Source: Amoebidium appalachense (lineage: Eukaryota > Protista > Ichthyosporea). Taken from it: a DNA stretch of 64,000 nt. The position numbers and the translations under genes are program-made. Position 1 is the stretch's first letter; every line of letters begins with the position of its first letter. Under the pieces are notes generated by a model, which was given only the letters and a program-made list of their open reading frames with translations, searched no databases and was not told where the DNA came from. This document shows, one piece after another, positions 55,026 through 64,000 of the stretch. Location: positions 8,758,907 to 8,822,906 of the forward strand of contig CAVNZM010000001.1 of NCBI GenBank assembly GCA_963693365.1, in the 5' to 3' direction.

Positions 55026-55435
55026 ACGTGTGCGTGTGAGCAAGTAAGTGAGTGTGAGCATGTGTTTGGAGCGGGGGAACGAGGGGGGGGGGGGGGGGTC
55101 AATCTTGATAGTTGGTGTTATAAAGCGGGGGGAAAAGAAAAAAACTTAACCATGCAAACAAGCAATCCCTTCAAACCCGGGGGAATGGCTGCCGTGGCTC
55201 CTCATCGGGGTTGGGGATGGGGGGGGGGGGGGGGGGGAGGGGGGTTTGTGTGTGTTTGTATGTGCGTTTGTGTGTGTGTGTAGGGGGGGGGGGGGGGGGG
55301 GGAAGGCACTTCGTGTTTTTCTCAATCTGCTTTTGCAACCAAATTTAAAACCTGCTCACCAATGCCGAGGGGCGGGATGGGCGGGAGGTTTTCCTTCCCC
55401 CCCCCCCCCCCCCCCCCCCCATCTTCTTCTTCTAC

Positions 55436-55474
<39 letters not shown>

Positions 55475-56405
55475 TTCTTCTTCTTCTTCTTCTTCTTTTT
55501 AAGGGGGGGGAAGGGGGGAGGGCTGGGGGGTACACCTAGCCATCCATTTCACGAGAGCAAGGATCAATACCAGGCCAGTTAAACTTAACCCTAAACACCT
55601 TCTCAAACCCCCCCCCCCCCCCCCAAAAAAAAAAAAAAAAAAAAAAAAAGCAAAAAAACAAAACCCCTTCAACTCCAAACATTGGTTCCTATTGCCGGGG
55701 GCATGCCTATATCCCCCCCCTCCCCCCTCCCCTCCCCCCCCCCCCCCCCCCCTCCCCCCCGCGCCCCGCCCCGCCTCGCCCAGTAACCAAGCCAGAGCTA
55801 CCTATCCAAGGGGAGTCCAGCATGGGACAAACGATAAGCACAAATTAGGAAAGGACAAAAGGGGTCAAAAAAAAAAAAAAAAAAAAAAAAAAGAACAAAC
55901 GGTAAAACGAGAAAGCACCATTAACGGGAAATCAAAAACGTAAAAAAAAAGTAAAAAAGAAAAAAGAAAAGAGACGCACCTTGACTAGGTTGCTAAAACG
56001 TTCTCCGTATTTCTCCACCAAGACACTTCCTACTTCGTGTAGATGCCTCAATCTGGTGTCCAAGAGTGGTACGGGTGTAGACGTTGATGAGCGGAAGATG
56101 TGTGAGAGTTCATCTCTTGTGATGTTGGCATAGTATGATGCGTCAAAGATTGGAATGCCTTCGGAATGAGCGCGGTTTAGGGCCGCACAAAGAGCCCAAT
56201 AACCTGTGTAGAGTTGGTTGTTGTACTCCACGGTCCAAGGCTGAGTGTCTGTGGGTGAATCAGATCAGGTCAATAATTGTGGCCTTGTGCTGTGGGATAG
56301 GTCAGGAGGCCGAGAGGAGACAGGCATACCGAGGGGTCAGTAGTGGATTTGCTTATCAGGACAGGCATGGGACATCCAAAAACGTCACACACACACACAC
56401 ACACA

Positions 56406-56452
<47 letters not shown>

Positions 56453-56855
56453 CCCCCCATCCAATACCTCTCCCTCTCTCCTATCACTTTCCTCTTCTTT
56501 TTTTTTTTCATTTTTTTCTGTGGGGGGGAGGAAGGGGGGAGGGGGGAAGGGGGGGGGGGAGGGGATATCTGAGATCCAGGTGATGAGGATCGAAGACTAA
56601 CACATTTACATCGTCAGATTGAGAAAAAAAGTCGATTGATCGGTAGCTGTAGTGAATCTTGTCTTTACCTAGCAATTTATCCTTGCGCCGCCCTCCCCTC
56701 CTCCCGCCGCCCCTCCCCTTCCCCCCATGGGCACATACACGTCCACATGCTTCACCATCCCTTCCTCACTGAGAGATTTGCAACCATCCACAACCTGAAA
56801 TTCGAAATCATGCCCCGTATTTTCCGTCTCCCTGCATACATATGAACTTCTCTTT

Positions 56856-56921
<66 letters not shown>

Positions 56922-57283
56922 TTCCCCCCGCTCCCTCCCCCCTACCCCTCCCATACACACGAACCACTGCCCCCCCCGCACACACAAAAACACACATTCC
57001 CAATCATCCCTCGCCCCTAGAATTTCTTGTACACACCTGTCTCAGTCCAGAAAGAGAAGTTCAAGGTATCGACCACGAAAATCCATTCCAGAGCATGGTC
57101 ATCGGCAACTTTCGGGTTCAATGGGTGCCTCTTCCAATCCGAGAGGTCATATTTGGCACCATTCAAGGCGGAAAGAAGGAAACTCGCTGCCTTTCTGACC
57201 CCACCCTCACACACTGAAACATGCTTGCTTGTGGTTGCTATGTGCTGGGCGGATCTAAGAACGAGAGTACTTGGTGGCTCCAT
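53898..57283 (-). CDS. QNG1: Queuosine 5'-phosphate N-glycosylase / queuosine salvage protein (DUF2419, C9orf64 family)
   Basis: Exons 57283-57037, 56248-55980, 54620-53898. Family motifs: [69 protein letters not shown] and C-terminal [10 protein letters not shown]. Confidence 0.93.
54009..54203 (-). repeat. 21-bp coding minisatellite (GGDMREE-like, about 7-9 units) inside QNG1
   Basis: Translated: [49 protein letters not shown] ... Confidence 0.9.
54758..54900 (-). repeat. 5'-truncated family A copy in QNG1 intron 2 (sense to the gene)
   Basis: The reverse complement reads ccctgaggatgggctctgcttatgacgcatactgtgcgcatggctgatg...gcattcaaaccccc, near-identical to 2367-2510. Confidence 0.9.
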
Positions 57284-57756
57284 GTTTGCAATTGATTGTC
57301 TGTAGAAATGACCCCTCCGTCGGAATCAAGGTGTTCAACAGTGTAGCCCTCCTTTAGGTAGCATGAAAGCATAGAGTTTCGTTTGCGAAGATCAGGAGCC
57401 TACATTTGCAAATTTTGTGACGTCAACAGAGGGCTTTGAAATTACACGTGCATAAACATTTATGTTGACGCCCGTTGTCAATGGTTTCACATGTAAGCAA
57501 CCTCTCATCGTCTCCACAACACAACACGACAGCTCTTTGCAGCTTTGACCATTCCTCTGAAGGCGTTTCTGATAAAACACAGACATGGCCTCGATGTTTG
57601 TTTCCTAACCTTCCAGCGTTTGCTGGGTTTAAACCCAAGCACCTGTGTACCACACTAGCGTTCCGTTGCTCGTCTCGTTCGCTCATTGTCAAACCTAGAT
57701 CTCATCACACAGCACCAAAACAGCTCGTTTTACCCAACCATCATCACTCAGCAAAC
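57284..57756. promoter_or_regulatory. Probable bidirectional promoter between QNG1 and MFSD5
   Basis: Head-to-head ATGs separated by 473 bp of microsatellite-free sequence. Confidence 0.55.
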
Positions 57757-58492
57757 ATGTGGTATGAGGGCGTTCTAGCGGGCACTGCCCTCCTAGCTTT
57801 TGCCCTTCACCTATCCACACGCTCACGCAAGGCAAGTGCACCTCGCAGCCCCGAGTTTGTTTCGTTTCAACGCAACTACCTGCTGGTGTCTGTGTTGGCT
57901 ATGTTTGCCGACTGGCTCAAGGTAATTATCCCCCCCCCTTCTCCCCCCTCCCCCTCCACCCCCCCCCTCTCCCCCCCCCCCCACCCCCTCCTCCCCTCCT
58001 ACCCCCACCACACACACTTACAAACCACATACACTTACGCTCTTCCCAACAACTTCTGTTTTCTATTCGCACACCCCTTCATACAGATCCGCACATGTGA
58101 CACTTCTGCATACGTGACGTTTCTGCCCTGTGTGTGTGTCCGTGCGTGCGTGTGTGTGTGTGCGTGCGTGCGTGAGCTGTGCCCACACACACGTGTGTTT
58201 GTGTTTGTGTGTAGGGGTTGTGCCGTGAAGAAATGGTTCTGAACTAGCAAGGGTGGTAGCTGGGGGGAAAAGAGGGAGGGGGAGAAAGGGGGACAGGGAT
58301 GAGGGGCAGCGAGAATGTGTTTGCATGTGTGTTGTCTACTTATGCTCACCTGTGTGCGCATGAGTGCGCGCGCGGTTGTGCCTACATGGTGTATACACAT
58401 ATATACCCATTTTTGCTCATATTTTTTTTTTTCTTTCCGCCTCTTTCCCCCGTGTGTGCATTTGTGTTTTTTTGGGCTTTGGGGAGAGGGGA

Positions 58493-58530
<38 letters not shown>

Positions 58531-60476
58531 TGTGTGTGTGTGTGTGCGTGTGTATGTATGTGCGCATGTGTGTGTGTATGTGTGTGTGGGTGTGCGTGTA
58601 TGTTTGGGTTGGGGGGGATGGGTTGGGTTGGGGGAGGGGGGGGGGGGGGGGGGGGCGTTAGGGTAACAACACAACGCCGAAACCAATAAGTTTGCTTCCA
58701 CGTACGTTATTTAGCCTGATGCATAAAGAAACAGGGATACATACACAATGGGGTGAGGGGGGGGGGGGGGGGGGAGGGGGGGGGGGGGAGGGGGGGGGGG
58801 GGGGGGGGGGGCATTTTCAGGAAGAGGGAGGGGGGAGGGCAGGGGGGGAAGGGGAGAGGGGGGCATTTTCAGGAACTCTACTAATAGGCACCTGTTCCTT
58901 TTTGCACGAGTATGTATGCCTGAGCAGAATGATTGTTTTGTTGTTCTTCCCCCCTTCCCCCGCCTCCCCCCATGCGGCTACCCCCAGAGTTGACTCGTCA
59001 AATTCAAAGGATGATATGGAGCCACATTCATTTTGATGGTTTAACCTCCAATTGATCCCCCCCCCCCCCCCCCCTCCCCCCCCCCCCCCCAAAAAAAAAA
59101 AAAAAAAAAGGAACCGAAGCACATAGCCTTTACACAGATAAGAGATACGATCAGATTAGCCATATAAGGAAACTGGAAAAAACCGTTTTTGAAGAAAGGT
59201 AGCCCTACGTGTCCACACTCACACTTATACTCACCTCTTCCGTGTGCACGGGTCCATGGCTGCTCAATTCATTCCGGCACAAAAATTAGACGACATCATC
59301 GATTATCTACTCACCCGTATATCCCACGCACACATGCAGGGGCCATACCTCTATGCCCTCTACGCCGAGACATACGGGTTCGACAAGTCGAGCATAGCAC
59401 AACTCTTCATATGCGGTTTCGTTTCTTCCATGTTCGTGGGGTCGTTCATGGGAAGTCTAGCGGACAGGTTGGGTAGGCGGAGGTTGTGTCTCACTTACGC
59501 CGTCGTGTATTCCCTCTCCGCGCTCACGAAACTTTCTTCGGATTTTTGGGTGTTGATGTTGGGACGGTTCTTCGGGGGGATATCTACCTCGCTCCTTTTT
59601 TCCGTTTTTGAGACCTGGATGGTTTGCGAGCACAACAGGAGAGGGTTCAGCGCGGAGTTGTTGGGAGAGACTTTCGGGCTGGCGACGCTTTTGAACGGAA
59701 TGGCGGCGGTTTTCGCTGGGTTGGTGGCGAACGCGATTGCGAAATGGTATGGAAACGTAGGGCCTTTTGTGTTTGCGATCGTGCCTCTGGTCGCTCTTTA
59801 CGCGATTGTTTTCACTACTTGGTCGGAGAATTTCGGTGATAGTTCGGGTGGGTGGGGGTCTGGGTTTAGGGCTGGGCTAGGGGTGGTTATGGGGAACCCT
59901 AAGGTGATGGCGCTTGGGGTAGGGCAGGCTTTTTTTGAAGGGGCAATGTATACGTTTGTTTACATGTGGACACCTGCGCTAGATCCCGGTTTGGATAGAC
60001 ATTTACCTCTTGGGATAATATTCTCGAATTTCATGCTGTGTATCATGTGCGGGTCATTTGTGTTTACGTTGCTAGTGCGTGTGTGGAATTTCGAGCAGAT
60101 TCCGTTTATGGTGCATGCGCTGGCGGCTGCTTCTACGGGGGCCGTAGCGTCATTTGGATATAGTGAGGAGATAGTTTTCGGTGCATTTTTGGTGTTTGAG
60201 CTTATGTGCGGGATATATTTCCCAACTTACGCAATACTCCGATCGAAGGTTATCCCAGAAGACGTACGATCATCGGTTATGAATGTGTGCAGGATACCCC
60301 TCAATGGGTTTGTGATTTTAATTTTAACGAAGATTAAACACTGGCCTACGGACACGGTGTTTTATGTATGTATGATTGCGCATCTGGGGTCTTTGGTAAT
60401 GTATTTCCGCATCTGTTCGCTGCAAAATGACCGCAATGCAAATAAGAGCGGCGGTGGTTCCTTGCAGAAAGTATAA
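57757..60476 (+). CDS. MFSD5: Molybdate-anion transporter (MFSD5/MOT2 family MFS)
   Basis: Exons 57757-57921 and 59340-60476 join to give FQRNYLLV...ADWLKGPYLYALY. Also GSLADRLGRRR, GGISTSLLFSVFETWMVCEH, FFEGAMYTFVYMWTPAL and RIPLN. Confidence 0.92.
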
Positions 60477-61618
60477 TGATTGATTTCATTACTAATATTA
60501 CTAATTATGTACAGTACATTGCATTGCGCAACTGGTTTTTGTGCTCTGAATCATTTATGTTAGACGTGTATGTATACGTATGAAAGCAAATAAATAATGA
60601 AGCTTCACCCGACTTTTTGATCCTACATACGTTGCCATCCCCCCCCCCCGGGGCAGCTGCAGAGCGTTTCACAGAAGGGGAGGACGTGATATTAATTGCG
60701 GTCGGACCGTTTGTTCATGCATATATGTCAGCTGAGATCTAGATGCAATAGAATGCATGCATGCATGCCATGCATACGCATATGGCTAATACAGTGCCGG
60801 TTTACGTTTGATTTTGCTTTTTGCGGAGTGTTTAATTATCTATAATAATTATACATGCACGTGGGCACACACTTGTTAACATAAACAGAGATTTTGATCG
60901 AATGTATCGATTATCATGGTACAGAGAGATTTTGATCGAATGTATCGATTAGCATGGTACATGTATAACACAGGGGAGCGAAATGATTTCGGCAATACAA
61001 TGCGCATACAGTCAATACCCACATAGAGCAGTGGATAGAATATACGCCAACGCACGAACTCCACACTTTGTTATTGATAGAAATCATCTAGATCTCATCT
61101 TGCATGCCTGCATGCACGTCATCACCATTCGACCACCTCCAAGCATCTAAGTTTTCACGAACAAATCATACGCAGAGATACGTGTTACCTAAGCAACAGT
61201 ATCGTCTCATTTGTAAGCATAACCTATGAGCCAAAGTATTGCATTCGAACATTTCTTGCATAATAGTACGAGTACAACCTCACCGTGCATTTTTCTCTAC
61301 AATATGCTTTTTTCGTCTTTCACAATTGTCCTGCCAGATGTAATGCAAGTAACTAAACTAAATACGATATGCCACATATTAGTGTGTGTGCGCGACTGAG
61401 ACACATTCTGCCATACACGCAACTAAGTGCACACGTACACACACACTCGGATACATAACTTGAAGCACGTGCTAAGCCCTGTGTGTGTGTGTGTGTAAAC
61501 AAGTCAATGCAATAAGTGAACGTACGCCGGGTACGCGCTTTCGTGCATGTGTGGATACGCTAAGATGGAATGAAGGGTGCCAGCCTGAGGGAAGACATTC
61601 GTTTGTGCTAGTAGTTCT

Positions 61619-62219
61619 CTAGTAGTTCTGGAAGGTGGTGCAGTGGTTGATGGCATACATGAGCTTGGACCTCATCGTCTCCTTGTCCCCGTAGTACGGT
61701 ATCGTCACCGACTGGACAGAAGGGGCCAAAAAAAAAAAAAAAAAAAGTCAGGGGTGGCGCCTACAAAAGAACCCCCCGTCTTCCACACACACACACATGC
61801 ACACCACACACGCGCGCGCGCACACACACACACACAAACCACACACATGCACAAAAGAAAGAAAGAAAGAAGGAAGGAAGAAAGAAAGAAATAAAAACAC
61901 CCACACGTACGTGCACACATTCATACCCATAAGCAGAAAAAACAGGCAAAAGCAAACACTCCAATGCAACCCCCCCCCCCCCCCCCCCCCCCCCCTCCTT
62001 CCTCCACACACACACACACAGCACAAAAAAAAGAAGAAGAAGAAGAAGAAGAAGAAGAAGAAGAAGAAGAAGAAGAAGAAGAAGAAGAAGAAGAAGAAGA
62101 AGAAGAAGAAGAAGAAGAAGAAGAAAAGGGTCGGGCAAATGATTGAAAAACAAAAGGCATGCCTACCAACCACCTTCTTTATAGATTTCGCACACACTCG
62201 AACCCTGTTGATTTTGGAC

Positions 62220-62253
<34 letters not shown>

Positions 62254-62469
62254 TCGCATAATTGGGCAAAAATGGCAAAGCGTCTAGCGGCTTTTCACAC
62301 ACCTGGCCACACACGGCGGCGCTGGGCAGATGTGTGCAGTTGCGTATGGTGCACTCTGCCGACGGGCAGGGGGTGAAGTAGATCTCAATGCCAAACCCGT
62401 AGTGCTCCTGGAAGTCGGCTGGCATACGGGCAAGACCCGTGGAGAAGTAGAGGAACTTGCTCTTGTCCT
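61619..62469 (-). CDS. HECT-domain E3 ubiquitin ligase, last two exons (rest lies beyond the window end)
   Basis: Exon 62469-62303 encodes DKSKFLYFSTGLARMP...HLPSAAVCGQ. Exon 61711-61619 encodes SVTIPYYGDKETMRSKLMYAINHCTTFQNY*. This matches the HECT C-lobe pattern (L.F.TG..R.P; LP....C; P.Y....M.SKL..AI; Phe at -4). Confidence 0.85.
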
Positions 62470-63455
62470 CTGTAAAGGTTTTTTATGATTGGGCTATTAT
62501 TTTTAGTTGAATGTTTGTCTATTTTATTGTCATGGATGCGGGTTGGAGAAATAGAGGAGCTTGCTCTGTTCCTCTGTAAAGGTTTTTTTGTGATTGGTTT
62601 ATTATTTTTAATTGGATATTTGTCTATTATATTGTCGTGGATGTGGATTGGAGAAATAGAGGAGCTTACTCTTGTCCTCTGTAAAAGTTTTTTATGATTG
62701 GTTTATTATTTTTAGTTGGATGTTTGTCTATTTCATTGTCGTGGATGTGGATTGGAGAAATAGAGGAGCTTGCTCTTGTCCTCTGTAAAAGTTTTTTATG
62801 GTTGGTTTATTATTTTTAGTTGGATGTTTGTCTATTTTATTGTCGTGGATGTGGATTGGAGAAATAGAGGAGCTTGCTCTTGTCCTCTGTAAAAGTTTTT
62901 TATGGTTGGTTTATTATTTTTAGTTGGATGTTTGTCTATTTTATTGTCGTGGATGTGGATTGGAGACATAGGGGAGCTTGCTCTTGTTCTTTGTAAAGGT
63001 TCTTTATGATTGGTCTATTATTTTTAGTTGGATGCTTGTCTATTTTATTGTCGTGGATGTGGATTGGAGAAATAGAGGAGCTTTTCCTCTGTAAAGGTTT
63101 TTTATGATTGGTTTATTATTTTTAATTGGATATTTGTCTATTTTATTGTCGTGGATGTGGATTGGAGACATAGGGGAGCTTGCTCTTGTCCTTTGTAAAG
63201 GTTCTTTATGATTGGTCTATTATTTTTAGTTGGATGTTTGTCTATTTCATTGTCGTGGATGTGGATTGGAGAAATAGAGGAGCTTGCTCTTGTCCTCTGT
63301 AAAAGTTTTTTATGGTTGGTTTATTATTTTTAGTTGGATGTTTGTCTATTTTATTGTCGTGGATGTGGATTGGAGACATAGGGGAGCTTGATCTTTTCCT
63401 GTGTAAAGGTTTTTATGATTGGTTTATTATTTTTAGTTGGATGTTTGTCTATTTT
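62441..63455 (-). repeat. ~104-bp tandem array, 10 copies; unit = HECT intron 3' end plus first 29 nt of the exon
   Basis: Unit starts (ggaga) at 62441, 62545, 62650, 62754, 62858, 62962, 63066, 63164, 63268, 63372. Confidence 0.95.
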
Positions 63456-63536
63456 AAATGAAAATGTTAGTGCTGTTTGCATGGATGTTGCGAAAGTGCA
63501 AGGGGCAGAGTGCAGGAATTTTTACTCGTGCACGCG

Positions 63537-63592
<56 letters not shown>

Positions 63593-63701
63593 CTATATGA
63601 TTGCGCGCGCTTGTATGTGTGTGTGTGTGTGAACGTGTGTATGTGTGAAGGTATGTGTGCTTGTTCGTGTTAATGCCTGCACAGAAGCGCGCTGGTCAGG
63701 G

Positions 63702-63785
<84 letters not shown>

Positions 63786-64000
63786 CGCGTGTGCGCGTGT
63801 GGGCCTGCATGCATCCCTGCTTGCTCTCTCTTGTGTGTGTAACATCATTCTATGTTTGCAACCACATCCCTGCCTATCCACACACGTGGGATGCTTACAT
63901 GAATCACTTACATCCAGAAAACCCCACGATCACCCGATCACCACAATACTTCTGCTCTTCCATCAACCAAAAACACCAGATACGAAACCATTCACAGAGC

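Noticed and set aside
63900-64000. Possible further HECT exon on the minus strand (LCEWFRIWCFW...)
   Set aside because: No convincing HECT similarity or clearly supported donor.

Overview
Eukaryotic, intron-rich genomic DNA packed with microsatellites (poly-C/G, (CA)n, (CT)n, (GTGC)n). It looks opisthokont or unicellular-holozoan-like, but that is inference and not established. Most ORFs in the supplied track are microsatellite artefacts. Reading splice sites by hand gives seven protein genes: the 3' part of the spliceosomal helicase Aquarius (13 exons, +), a CPFC glutaredoxin (+), an MFS transporter (+), an intronless Pho80/Pcl-type cyclin (-), the queuosine salvage hydrolase QNG1 (-), an MFSD5/MOT2-type molybdate transporter (+), and the last two exons of a HECT E3 ligase (-). 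The 28.5-53.8 kb interval is repeat-rich, with two satellite arrays (~159 and ~175 bp monomers), a 2 kb TA-flanked TIR element, a MITE and a probable LINE remnant. Three signals stand out. (1) Tandem duplications repeatedly straddle splice junctions in three genes, including a 10-copy acceptor array in the HECT gene and an in-frame 36-nt candidate cassette exon in Aquarius. (2) A dispersed intronic repeat family is always sense to its host gene and keeps a long stem with compensatory changes, suggesting a structured mobile or intron-encoded RNA. (3) At several acceptors, (CA)n replaces the polypyrimidine tract. Exon models are manual and unverified by transcripts.
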